A program made the position numbers and the translations under genes. A stretch of 44,335 nt of DNA, taken from Candidatus Hydrogenedentota bacterium (GTDB lineage: Bacteria; Hydrogenedentota; Hydrogenedentia; Hydrogenedentales; SLHB01). The stretch spans positions 12,243-56,577 of the forward strand of contig BTVY01000049.1 of NCBI GenBank assembly GCA_045863335.1. Direction: 5' to 3'. The notes under the pieces are model-generated. The model searched no databases, was not told the DNA's origin, and saw nothing but the letters and a program-made list of their open reading frames with translations. Of the stretch, positions 18,850 to 28,536 are shown one piece after another (the first letter of the stretch is position 1; every line of letters starts with the position of its first letter).

Positions 18850-19635
18850 CTATTTTGTAGGCGTCAGCACCCAGATCATCTCCGTGCTCGAAGCGGAGAA
18901 CAGAGCACCCGCAAAATCGCCAAGTACTGCCTCCACCTCGAACCCCGCAAGCGCTACGAGCAGTTCCATCTCGCGGGGCGTGGTCCAAGCGCGCACCATT
19001 TCCATCGTCGTCGAATGGACCACCGTCCCGGTCGCGTCGAGCTCGTGAATCGTATGATCCTCGCGGAGGATCTGCGTGAACTCATCATAGGTCGAAGCGC
19101 AATAATGATGGATTGCCCAGCCTGTATCAGGGTCCTCGTACTGGTCTACCAAGCGGAGCGCTCCATTCCGTGGGTCCAGCCAGGGTGCGATGGTCGATGG
19201 ACGGGCAGCCCACGTATTCAATATGAACACCCCGTCGGGCTCCAGGTGGCGATGAACTGCGGCAAGACAGGCTCGTTGCTCGCCCGGCGTCAGCAGATGC
19301 ATGAAGGTCCGATAGGGCATCGCGATGAACGCAAACCTCTCACCGAGCGAGAAGTCCCGCATGTCGCCTTTTACGAGTTCGAGCCGGCCGGGAATCGGTG
19401 CGACAGCCTCGCACTTCTTGCGGCATCTATCCAGCATGACCGGGGAATTGTCCATTCCAACGACGTCGGCCCCAGACATGGCCATGGGAATACAAATGCG
19501 TCCCGTGCCGCACCCGATTTCCAATGTGCGCCCGCGCGCGCGCAGGGCCTGCGCGACGTAGAACTCCACGTCACCCTCGATGCCCTTTTGAAGCAGATCG
19601 TAGTATTCCGCCCACGGATCGAATGGAGCAGCCAT
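18850..19635 (-). CDS. Class I SAM-dependent methyltransferase
   Basis: LEIGCGTGR, GMDNSPVML, GDMRDF, HLEPDGVF. Confidence 0.88.
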   Translation of the reverse strand: MAAPFDPWAEYYDLLQKGIEGDVEFYVAQALRARGRTLEIGCGTGRICIPMAMSGADVVGMDNSPVMLDRCRKKCEAVAPIPGRLELVKGDMRDFSLGERFAFIAMPYRTFMHLLTPGEQRACLAAVHRHLEPDGVFILNTWAARPSTIAPWLDPRNGALRLVDQYEDPDTGWAIHHYCASTYDEFTQILREDHTIHELDATGTVVHSTTMEMVRAWTTPREMELLVALAGFEVEAVLGDFAGALFSASSTEMIWVLTPTK

Positions 19636-19643
19636 CCCTTCGC

Positions 19644-20579
19644 CTATCCCGCCATGCCGTCGCCGGCCGCACGTTCGACGTCCAACGCGCGCGGTTCCCG
19701 TATCGATTCACAAGTGGCCGTTTCCGACGCATGAGACTCAATGTGCGCGGCGAGGAATGCGAGCATCTTCCGGAAGATGGAGCGGCGTTCGCCCCAATGA
19801 ACGTAGTCGAACCCGTGCCCCCGGTTGTTCAGCGCGATGAATTCAGTGGGGACACCCAGTTCGCGCAAACGCGCGTGAAATCTCCGCGATTGTTCGAAGT
19901 GGACGAGAAAATCCTTCTTGCCGTGTACAAACAATATCGGAGCGGTGCCGTCGCTGGCGTAGGTTATGGGAGATGCCTTCTCCCACGTCGTTCCCGGCGG
20001 CGAAATGGCTTCCCGGCCACTGAAATCCACCATGAATCGCGTCGTCGCACGGCGCAAGGGGCCCCGGGAAGGCAGGTCGCGGTAGCAGGTAAGGTCGACC
20101 GCTCCGTACAGGCTCACGGCCGCGCAAATCGAAGAGGACGGACCCGGATTCTCATCGCCCTCCAATCCATCTTCCGGATGGGTTGCGGCGAGCAGCGCCG
20201 CCAAGTGCCCCCCTGCCGACGCGCCAAACGAGACAATGTGGTTCGGATTAACCCCAAGCTCGTCGGCATGGAGCCGCAGCCAGCGCACGGCCGCTTTGCA
20301 GTCATGCAGACACTTGGGAAAGGCGAAGCGAGGCATCAGCCGGTAGTCGACGGTCATGACAACGAACCCAGCGCGCGCAAACTGACGACAGTACCAGGCC
20401 TGTTGATAGCGGGTGCCGAGAATCCAGGCGCCACCATGAATCAATACCATCCCGGGACGGCTCGCCTGGCCGCCGTCTTCGGGCATGTACAAAGTCATAC
20501 GGAGCGGTTTGCCGTCGGGACGGGCGTACTCGATTCCTTTGCGTTTACAGTATCCATAGGCCTCGGGTACGTAGCGCAT
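19644..20579 (-). CDS. Alpha/beta hydrolase (HSL-like esterase)
   Basis: IHGGAW, VDYRL, GASAGGHLA nucleophile motif, HGKKD, GHGF; ATG after GGTGGAG. Confidence 0.88.
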   Translation of the reverse strand: MRYVPEAYGYCKRKGIEYARPDGKPLRMTLYMPEDGGQASRPGMVLIHGGAWILGTRYQQAWYCRQFARAGFVVMTVDYRLMPRFAFPKCLHDCKAAVRWLRLHADELGVNPNHIVSFGASAGGHLAALLAATHPEDGLEGDENPGPSSSICAAVSLYGAVDLTCYRDLPSRGPLRRATTRFMVDFSGREAISPPGTTWEKASPITYASDGTAPILFVHGKKDFLVHFEQSRRFHARLRELGVPTEFIALNNRGHGFDYVHWGERRSIFRKMLAFLAAHIESHASETATCESIREPRALDVERAAGDGMAG

Positions 20580-20729
20580 GTAAACTCCACCGTTCGGGTT
20601 GCGTCCGCGAAACGATACCAATCATGCCGCTCGGTGGCAAGTTATGCGCCCCCAAAATGCACGGTGCCTCTTTCGCACGTCGAAAGAGGCACCGGAGATT
20701 CTGGTTAGAATCCGTGATTCACGCGGTAT

Positions 20730-20846
20730 CTAATCGTCACCCTCTTCATCATCGTCATCGCTCGGGAAACCCGAGAAACTGAAGACGAGTTCCAACAACT
20801 GCAGAATAAACCCGAAGATCAGCTCCAGCAACGCATTGACGTCCAT
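20730..20846 (-). CDS. Small 38-aa protein, hydrophobic helix with acidic tail
   Basis: AAGGAGGGACGC-ATG; reads MDVNALLELIFGFILQLLELVFSFSGFPSDDDDEEGDD*; below the ORF-track cutoff. Confidence 0.65.
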   Translation of the reverse strand: MDVNALLELIFGFILQLLELVFSFSGFPSDDDDEEGDD

Positions 20847-21199
20847 GCGTCCCTCCTTCTTGACCAGATCCTGGTCGACTTTGGTCCCATGCAAATTCTA
20901 CCAGTGCAGGAACGTTTTGTCACGCCTACCGCCTACAGCCACTTTGAGAGGGGAAAGCGGCATGATGTCACAGACGCAATCGCGGCGCTATCGCATTACG
21001 ATTCGCCGCCATCCGTAGACAAATCATCACTAATTCGAGTAATTTGACTATTAGAAACAGTCGAAACACGCTATTAACAGATTAAGCCTCCCCCCGGTGA
21101 CCCTGGGGACCATTTCCACGGGTGCGTCCCGGCACTCCCGCATGCTTATCACGAGTGATCCGGTGAACCCCTTACAAAATGACCGACAAGCCGCTCGGT

Positions 21200-21546
21200 G
21201 CCGCCCGGAACACCCGTTCCCATCCGGGGCCAAACGGAAGCGCTGCGCCGAAACCCCCACCCGCCGCCAAGCCAAGTCCAAAATACCGGGAACACCCGAA
21301 ACGTACCGGACTCCCTGGCACCAGAACTGCCCCGTCATGTTCGCGGGCGCCGAAACCAAGACCAAGAAGAAGTAAATTCATGAGAACCGCGGGGTACCGA
21401 CATCTCCACCGCCCCGACGAGAATCCGGGCTGGTAACGCTCCGCTTGGGCCGTGCATATATATGGATAACCCGATCAGGCTGACTCCCAAACCCAGAGGA
21501 CATTTCTAACGAGTTAACCCAGAGACATTTCTAATGAGTCTTGACA
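21200..21546 (+). mobile_element. Degenerate IS end remnant (IS481/ISNCY-like)
   Basis: Two direct repeats AACCCAGAG(G)ACATTTCTAA(C/T)GAGT (21490-21514, 21516-21539) ending in TTGACA; upstream basic Pro-rich frame ending ...TPWH...KKK*, like a transposase tail; left boundary approximate; no intact transposase. Confidence 0.5.
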
Positions 21547-21563
21547 CACGTGAGCACATTGAA

Positions 21564-21593
21564 TTGACATGACGTATTTCCAAGTGCTATAGT
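21564..21593 (+). promoter_or_regulatory. Sigma70 promoter of tRNA-Asp
   Basis: TTGACA-N18-TATAGT with extended -10 TG, ~50 nt upstream of the tRNA. Confidence 0.75.
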
Positions 21594-21643
21594 TCGCACT
21601 CGCTGCAGGAAGTGAATCCACCTCCATGCAGCGACAAATACGC

Positions 21644-21720
21644 GGGGGCGTAGTTCAGTTGGTTAGAACGCTGCCCTGTCACGGCAGAGGTCGCGAGTTC
21701 GAGTCTCGTCGTCCCCGCCA
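21644..21720 (+). tRNA. tRNA-Asp(GTC)
   Basis: Cloverleaf: acceptor GGGGGCG/CGTCCCC, anticodon arm CTGCC-CTGTCAC-GGCAG, TTCGA T-loop, encoded CCA. Confidence 0.97.
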
Positions 21721-21732
21721 TCTAAAATTCTT

Positions 21733-21776
21733 AGCTCCAATAGGTTATTCAAACAACCTGTTGGAGCTCTTCTTTT
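21733..21776 (+). terminator. Intrinsic terminator after tRNA-Asp
   Basis: AGCTCCAATAGGTT-N8-AACCTGTTGGAGCT followed by CTTCTTTT. Confidence 0.7.
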
Positions 21777-22291
21777 GGACCGTGTCCTGGAACTCCAAGG
21801 CCCACCTCCCACAGGTTCGGTTCGGTATTTCGGCAATCCTGCCCCCCGGTCCTCAGTTCGCTGGACTTCGCATCAGGTAAAGGGCGGCTGAATTCTGCGG
21901 CATTGATGGCTTCTGGCCACGAGTCTGATCGCGGGTCCGTGAGCAACGCTTCCGGGAAAGGACTATTCCGTGGTAGGCTACCTGCGGTGATCGCACTGTC
22001 GGGGGACCAGATGCGTCAAGCTATTCGTCAGCGCCAGAATAACATGAACGGGTGCGCCCTTCTTCTGCAGCCCTCACCGCGTGCGACGGCCGAACCGATC
22101 AGGAACTTGTCCGGAATAGCGATTCGCATGTACGCGTCACGTGTACCCGCTAACGAGACCTGCGAGACCTTTCGCTGTCCTGGGCTGACTCCTACAGTCA
22201 ACAGAACCAAGATTCTTCGATCTGCGCCAAGCGGACCCGCAAAGGTCATCATGACCGACTACGAAGTCGCGGAATTAGAATGGGGGTATCA

Positions 22292-23251
22292 GTGAGCGTG
22301 CGGTTTCTTCTTGCAGTCGCTTTGATATGGCCAATCTCCTGGTACGCAGTTGCGGATGGACAGGCGCGTCCCGGGTTAGATGTTGACGCGAGCCTTCATT
22401 TCACCGCGTCCGACCGGGCCGGTGAGTACAGTCTTAATACGGGCGCGCTTCACGGAACTATTCGCCAGAACGGGGTATCCCTGGGCCTGCTCCCTTTCGA
22501 GCATATGGATACCGGCATTCCCCTGGCCGGAGAACCGGGCATACTGACGTTCTACCGCATCTTTACAACGAACCGCCGATACGGCGAAAGTGCCCGGGCA
22601 CGGCCGAGCAACGCAAGAGTTCTCCCAGATGGCTCGCTGCACGTGTTGTGGCCCGACTCTCAAGAACATCCGTACACGCTGATTGCAATCTATCAATGGC
22701 GAGACGAAGAGACGCTCGACCTCGAGACGACGGTGGAGGCCAAGGTGGAGCTGCCAGATTTCGAGATCTTCCTGTCGTCTTATCTCGGGGCGCGGTTTCC
22801 GGTGACGAGCGTGTACGTGAAACATCCCGAGGGCGGTGACAGCAACGGGTTCATGACCGCGGAAACGAGGTACGGCACATGGCAGGTGTATCCGCGCGAC
22901 GAGAAAGCCCTTTCCCTCGTGAAGGATGGGCGCTGGACCATACCGCCGAACCCCGTCGACTGGGCCATCATGCCGGAATTGGCTGCGCCTCTCGTGTACC
23001 GCCGGGAACCGGAAACCGGATTGGTTGTTGCGCTCATGGCGCCAGCGGAGGATTGTTTTGCCGCGTTGACGCCCGAGCGTGACGAACCTCACCGATCGAT
23101 GTACCTATCACTCTTCGGGCGGACACTTCAGGCGGGGGAAACGGCGCGGGCCCGTGTGCGGCTCGTAGTCTCAGACGTGCTGGACGATGCGGGGATCGTG
23201 GCGCGCTACGAAGAGTATGTAAAGGAAATTGAGCAAATCGGGCAGCGATGA
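22292..23251 (+). CDS. Secreted hypothetical protein, beta-rich (possibly galactose-mutarotase-like fold)
   Basis: Long ORF with signal peptide (..YAVA-D); start uncertain (22280 or 22292). Confidence 0.7.
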   Translation: MSVRFLLAVALIWPISWYAVADGQARPGLDVDASLHFTASDRAGEYSLNTGALHGTIRQNGVSLGLLPFEHMDTGIPLAGEPGILTFYRIFTTNRRYGESARARPSNARVLPDGSLHVLWPDSQEHPYTLIAIYQWRDEETLDLETTVEAKVELPDFEIFLSSYLGARFPVTSVYVKHPEGGDSNGFMTAETRYGTWQVYPRDEKALSLVKDGRWTIPPNPVDWAIMPELAAPLVYRREPETGLVVALMAPAEDCFAALTPERDEPHRSMYLSLFGRTLQAGETARARVRLVVSDVLDDAGIVARYEEYVKEIEQIGQR

Positions 23252-23302
23252 AGTGGCAATCCGTCCGGTTAACACACGATTCATCGTGTAGGGGGAATCA
23301 CC

Positions 23303-24628
23303 ATGGAAAGTCCGGAGCTAGTTGGCAGCAACCACGGGACAACGCGGCGTGATTTTTTGAAGCGTTCGACGATAGCGGCCTCGGCCGCCGTCGCGGGTAT
23401 TCAGAGCATTGCGACTAATGCGTATGCCGCGGGAAGCGACGTCATCCGCGTCGGCATGATCGGGTGCGGAGGGCGGAATACCGGCGCTGCTGTGCAAGCG
23501 TTGAGCGCCGATCCGGGCGCCCGGCTTGTGGCGATGTGCGACATCCTCATGGACCGCGTCAAGACGAGGCGTGAAGCAATTAAGGGACGCATGAAGGAGC
23601 AGGTTGCTGTCGACGACGACCACTGCTTCGCGGGCTTCGATGGGTATAAGCATGTCATCGAAGCTTCTGACGTAGTGCTGATCGCCAATGCCGCGAAGTT
23701 TCATCCGTTCCACGCGATGAGCGCGCTCCAGGCCGGCAAGCACGTCTTTGTTGAGAAACCCCACGGCATCGACCCCGCAGGCATCAAGCTCATGCAGCGC
23801 GCGGCAGAGGTGGCGCAGGAGAACGGACTCTGCCTGGTCTCTGGACTGCAGAGCCGGTATCACACGGGGTATGCCGAAACGGTGCAAAGGATATACGATG
23901 GCGCCATCGGTGATGTAATTGCCATCGAGGAGAATTTCCTTCGCGCCCCGTATGTCGTCATCGATCGTGCGCCGGGACTATCCGAACTCGAGTGGCAGTG
24001 CAGCACCCAGTACCATTTCCGTTGGCTCTCCGGTGATGATGTGCCCCAGTCCCTGGTGCACAACCTGGATCGCGCCAGTTGGGTGCTGCACGACACCGCA
24101 CCGATCAAGTGTCATGGCCTCGCCGGACGATCTTCCATGACCGATCCGATCTACGGCGACGTGTTCGACCACCATTCGGTCGTCTACGAGTTTGCGACCG
24201 GCACCCGGGTGTACGCCTTCTGCCGCACGACCGAAGGATGCTACAACGAGACGTCCAGCATGATCTTCGGGAGCAAAGGCAAGGCATCCATTCTGGCGTG
24301 TCAGATCTGGGGCGAGAACGAGTGGCGCTGGGAGGACGCGTGCGATCCGTATCAGATCGAGCATGACGTGCTCTTCAAGGCGATTCGCTCCGGTGAACCG
24401 GTGAACAACGGCGACTATATGGCGCGCAGCACCATGATCGGTGTGATGGGCCAGATCTCGTGTTACACCGGAGAGGAAATCACCTGGGAGCGGGTCAACG
24501 CCTCCGACTTCTTCTACCCCCCCAGCCCTGACGAATGCCACGACGGCATGCCCCCTCCTGTCTTACCCGACGCGAATGGGATCTACCCCGTGCCAATACC
24601 GGGGATTACAAGACTACTCGAGGCCTGA
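23303..24628 (+). CDS. Tat-exported Gfo/Idh/MocA oxidoreductase
   Basis: TRRDFLK Tat motif, VGMIGCGGR, AGKHVFVEKP, VHNLD. Confidence 0.9.
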   Translation: MESPELVGSNHGTTRRDFLKRSTIAASAAVAGIQSIATNAYAAGSDVIRVGMIGCGGRNTGAAVQALSADPGARLVAMCDILMDRVKTRREAIKGRMKEQVAVDDDHCFAGFDGYKHVIEASDVVLIANAAKFHPFHAMSALQAGKHVFVEKPHGIDPAGIKLMQRAAEVAQENGLCLVSGLQSRYHTGYAETVQRIYDGAIGDVIAIEENFLRAPYVVIDRAPGLSELEWQCSTQYHFRWLSGDDVPQSLVHNLDRASWVLHDTAPIKCHGLAGRSSMTDPIYGDVFDHHSVVYEFATGTRVYAFCRTTEGCYNETSSMIFGSKGKASILACQIWGENEWRWEDACDPYQIEHDVLFKAIRSGEPVNNGDYMARSTMIGVMGQISCYTGEEITWERVNASDFFYPPSPDECHDGMPPPVLPDANGIYPVPIPGITRLLEA

Positions 24629-24782
24629 ACCGGCAAGGACCGGAAGAACACCGGCGGACTTCCAAAACGCGCATGCAAGGCAAGTTTCCCGGTGCGCCGA
24701 TGTTGTCATGCACGCATTCTGGGGATATGATTTTCCCTGATGCGCGAGATCCGCTGATGAAAACAATATGGGGGTTCATTCC

Positions 24783-27464
24783 GTGATTACGAGCCTGGGT
24801 GCCTTTTCGGGGAACTACACCGCACTTGTCGTGGCGCTCCTTGGTCTACTTCTGTCGGCGCCGATTGCGAGTGCTCAAGAGTATTCACCAGTTGAACGTT
24901 CCGCTCCGCATGCGGTGGCGGGTGACATTCGCGAGTTCCCGTTCCTTTTCGACGGATACGCCGGCCATTGGTCCCGGGACGAGTGGTCCTGGACGTCTGC
25001 GCGCGGACTCTTCGTGCAGTCGAACCCCACGGCAAGAGCTGCGGTCTGGGCGATGGAAGAGGATTTGGGAAGCCAGCTTCTGCTCGAAGAACTCCGGATC
25101 GAGCGCGGATTCATTCAAAAGCTTGCCGCCCAGGCGTTCACCGTCGCCAATGCGGACTCCCTAGAGGATCTAACGACCGGCAACGACGCCGGCACGAAAC
25201 TCGTCGCCCTCCTGGATCGGTCCCCCCTCGCGCAGGAACTACTGAAACAACTCTCGCCGGAGCACCAGTTCCGGCGCAATCGCGCATTCATGACTCGATA
25301 CGGCGAGCAGAACCTCTTCGTGCTTTGCTGCCCCACCCAGGAAGAATTGGACCAGCTAAAGTCCGATATCGAAACGACTGTGGCACTGGTTCGCGATTAC
25401 GACCTTCACCGGGGTATCGCGGGGGTCAGAACGAACCACCTGACCATCACCACCGGCTATCAGCACAATCCGTTCTTTCTGATTTCGCTGTTTCGCGAGC
25501 TGGGCTGCACCTGGGTCATGACGTCCGGATACAACGACTGGATGCTGGGTGAGCCGGTGCGTGAGGCCTTGCAGGAAGTCGACGTTCCCTTCGTGTGGGT
25601 ATCGGGTCAATACGTTACCGGCGGAACGCTGTACGGCATGGATCGTTATCCTGACGTTCAGGACAACACAGTCGAACAGTGCCTGGACTGGGCCGAGGAT
25701 CGGGGTGGGTATTTTTTCGCGAACCTCGCTGCGGCCAACGACGACAACAAGAACCGCTACAGCGGCTACATCGTGAGCGGGACCGGCGATCAGGATCGCA
25801 TCGCCGAATTGGCGGCTCCGTTTATCTCCCAGACCGGCGATATCAACCGCAGCGCGCCGGTATCCATGGTGGTACTGCTGGAGAAGGGCGCTGCGCTGAC
25901 GCAGGACTCGCTGATACAGGGGATTCTCGAACGGCGCGCCGTCGCGGTGTACCCCGGTGGCGCGGTCGTTGGCCCCGTTGAATTGCGGCGCGCCATGCAG
26001 ATTCTGCTGCTCGAAGGCGCTACGCTCGAAAGCCGTTTTCCCGGGCCTTTATCATTGCATGCGCAGATCGGGAATGGCGCGCTTCACATCGCGGTGGAGA
26101 ATCTGACCGAGCAGGACGTGAACGTTACCCTGTCGCACCACCCAAGCGCTGGCGTCAGCATCCGTGAAGGCAACGGGCCGGCTCCTTTTGATCTGAAAGC
26201 AAAGGAGCGCCGCGTACTCTCCGTGCCCATCGAGCTGCTCCCGGAATCAAGCGATAGGAACAGTCTCATCCAGGTCATAGCCGAATCGGACGCCGGGCAA
26301 ACACGGGCCTTGGCGCATATTACCGTCCCCCCCATCGTCAATGCCCATCCCCTGCTCTTCGACACGCCCGGCGCGATCGACTACCCCATTTCCGTCTGGA
26401 ACCCCGGCGCAACAACGCCCATTCCGGTCCGGCTCGCCGTAATCCGGCGCGACAATTCCGAACGCGTTCTCGAACTCGAACGGACATTAGCGTGCGAACC
26501 CTGGAACGAAAGCCGCGACACCTTCCCGCTCGATCTGGAGACTGGCGACTATCGCGTTGAAGTTGCCGCGCTGGGTGTCACGGCGACGGGACTCGTTTCC
26601 ATACGGACGCCCGAGGGCACGGCAAGCACGCGGTTGGAGGATCTTAACGGCGACGGCGTTGACGAGATCATCATGGAGAACGAGCACGTCCGAGTCGCCG
26701 TGCTCCGCACCGGCGGCCGCGTCATCGAGTACACGCTGAAGGACAGCGGCGAGAACGTATTCTTCAAACTGTGGCCCGAGAAGCCGCCCATGCACGGCAA
26801 GGTGGGCGGGGTGCGCCAGTTCTATCCCTTTGGCGGGTTGGAGGAGTTCATCGGCTATCCCTACATCGGCGGGCACACGGAGTTCCGCTACGAAATTCTC
26901 CAAGCGGAGGGGGACAAGGCGCGGGTTCGGATCTGGGCCAATATTCATGGCAGCGAAATCTCGAAGATCTACACACTCTACGGCGGGGGGCCGGTCCTGG
27001 AAGCGCGGTATGCCTTCTCCAACATGACACCCTCGCTCAACGTCATCGGCATCAATCCGCTGTTTGAATTGGGCAAGTCCACGGGGCCGGAGGACCGCTA
27101 CTACTTCCCGGAGGACGAACTGGTGGAAACGCGGCCGGAGCTGGAGCGCTACTATGGCCGCGCCACATTCCCGAGAGAAGGCTGGACCGCCGGGTACGAC
27201 ACGGAAGAGGATGTCGCTCTCGTCATTGCTTACCCCGTGGACAACGCGATCTATCTGCACCTATGGAATAACCATCCCGACAACACGCCCACGCCCTATT
27301 ACTACACGGAACTTCAGCCCTGGATTGAGCTGGACCACGGCACGACCACATACTTCTCCTACTACGTTCTCGGCGATACGGGCTCGTGGGAAGCGCTGCG
27401 CGATACTTTTGCGGACTATGGTTTAGTCACGACATCCACCAAGGACGCACCGTGGCAGCGTTGA
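24783..27464 (+). CDS. Large secreted hypothetical protein with C-terminal mutarotase-like beta-supersandwich
   Basis: Signal peptide ASA-Q; DLNGDGVDEIIMENEHVRV..GGRV motif; start uncertain (24768 or 24783). Confidence 0.75.
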   Translation: MITSLGAFSGNYTALVVALLGLLLSAPIASAQEYSPVERSAPHAVAGDIREFPFLFDGYAGHWSRDEWSWTSARGLFVQSNPTARAAVWAMEEDLGSQLLLEELRIERGFIQKLAAQAFTVANADSLEDLTTGNDAGTKLVALLDRSPLAQELLKQLSPEHQFRRNRAFMTRYGEQNLFVLCCPTQEELDQLKSDIETTVALVRDYDLHRGIAGVRTNHLTITTGYQHNPFFLISLFRELGCTWVMTSGYNDWMLGEPVREALQEVDVPFVWVSGQYVTGGTLYGMDRYPDVQDNTVEQCLDWAEDRGGYFFANLAAANDDNKNRYSGYIVSGTGDQDRIAELAAPFISQTGDINRSAPVSMVVLLEKGAALTQDSLIQGILERRAVAVYPGGAVVGPVELRRAMQILLLEGATLESRFPGPLSLHAQIGNGALHIAVENLTEQDVNVTLSHHPSAGVSIREGNGPAPFDLKAKERRVLSVPIELLPESSDRNSLIQVIAESDAGQTRALAHITVPPIVNAHPLLFDTPGAIDYPISVWNPGATTPIPVRLAVIRRDNSERVLELERTLACEPWNESRDTFPLDLETGDYRVEVAALGVTATGLVSIRTPEGTASTRLEDLNGDGVDEIIMENEHVRVAVLRTGGRVIEYTLKDSGENVFFKLWPEKPPMHGKVGGVRQFYPFGGLEEFIGYPYIGGHTEFRYEILQAEGDKARVRIWANIHGSEISKIYTLYGGGPVLEARYAFSNMTPSLNVIGINPLFELGKSTGPEDRYYFPEDELVETRPELERYYGRATFPREGWTAGYDTEEDVALVIAYPVDNAIYLHLWNNHPDNTPTPYYYTELQPWIELDHGTTTYFSYYVLGDTGSWEALRDTFADYGLVTTSTKDAPWQR

Positions 27465-27473
27465 TCACGGAGC

Positions 27474-28427
27474 CTATGCCAACAGCGAGCGCAGCGTGTC
27501 GATGTGTTTTGGGATCTCCGTGAAGGGATCCTCCGCCTCTTCATACTCGAGCACGAGATAGCCGCGGTAGTTCGCGCCACGAAGAATCTCGACGATGCGT
27601 CCGAAGTCAGCAGGCTGCTTCTGTCCGTCGGGATGGATGAAGACCTTGACCTGGGCGTTGACCGCGTAAGGCGCGATCCGTTCGAGTTCGGCGTAGGGAT
27701 CGGCGGTGCGGAAGTTCCCGCTGTCGAAGTTGACGCCAAACCAGGGCGAAGACTTCACGCCTTCGACGATACGCAGAAGCTGGTCCGCGGTCGCGGTAAT
27801 CCCGCCATGGTTCTCCAGCGCGAGAAAGACTCCACGCTGCGCGGCATAGTCTAGCGAAATATTAATTCCCTCGATGCAGTTCGCGAGGGCATCCTCTTCC
27901 GATAAGCCGTCCGGCACCTTCCCCGCGAAAATGCGAATGACCGGAGCGCCGAGCCGCGCTGCATGATCGATCCACTCGCGTGTATCGGCCAACTGCTGTT
28001 CGCGCTCGGGACCCGCCGACATGCAGAAATCATTGCCGATAGCCGTTCCGGAGATATCGAGGCCAAGACGAAACGACAGTTCCTTCAGGTGCATCAGATA
28101 CTCGGGCGTCACGTTTGCCGGGAAGTAGTAGCTGGTGGGCTCACATCCATCCAGGTCGAGGTCGGCACAGAACCGAATGAAATCGTCGAGGGTCATCTTC
28201 GCTTCAGCCAACTCTGCCTCATTCGGGCGGCGAGGCAGCACCTTGTTGAAGGAATAGCCGGCAAGGCTGAGTTTCATGTAGGGCTTGCCGTTGCGTACCG
28301 GAGGTTCCGCCGCAAAGGAAGGGAACAAATGCGAACCGATGACGGCGCTCCCAGCTCCCAGTGCGACATTCTTCAGAAAACTGCGACGGCTGCTCTCGAA
28401 CATACCCACGATACGGGTCCTCCTCAT
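27474..28427 (-). CDS. Tat-exported sugar phosphate isomerase/epimerase (xylose isomerase-like TIM barrel)
   Basis: SRRSFLK Tat motif; IRIFAG, LALENHGG, NFDSGNF, LVLEYE; start uncertain. Confidence 0.87.
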   Translation of the reverse strand: MRRTRIVGMFESSRRSFLKNVALGAGSAVIGSHLFPSFAAEPPVRNGKPYMKLSLAGYSFNKVLPRRPNEAELAEAKMTLDDFIRFCADLDLDGCEPTSYYFPANVTPEYLMHLKELSFRLGLDISGTAIGNDFCMSAGPEREQQLADTREWIDHAARLGAPVIRIFAGKVPDGLSEEDALANCIEGINISLDYAAQRGVFLALENHGGITATADQLLRIVEGVKSSPWFGVNFDSGNFRTADPYAELERIAPYAVNAQVKVFIHPDGQKQPADFGRIVEILRGANYRGYLVLEYEEAEDPFTEIPKHIDTLRSLLA

Positions 28428-28536
28428 GGCCTCCCCCGCGCATTCGTTCGGAGCCGGGGGTTCTTCCTCATGGTTCAAGAGCTACAGTGTAGCAAACAGG
28501 AAGGGCCGAAGTATGTGCGCGCGCGCCGGATGGGCC

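Noticed and set aside
18781-20708. 317-aa and 394-aa plus-strand ORFs
   Set aside because: Antisense shadows of the methyltransferase and esterase
21903-22295. 130-aa ORF after tRNA-Asp
   Set aside because: No RBS or motifs and atypical composition; probably intergenic or decayed DNA
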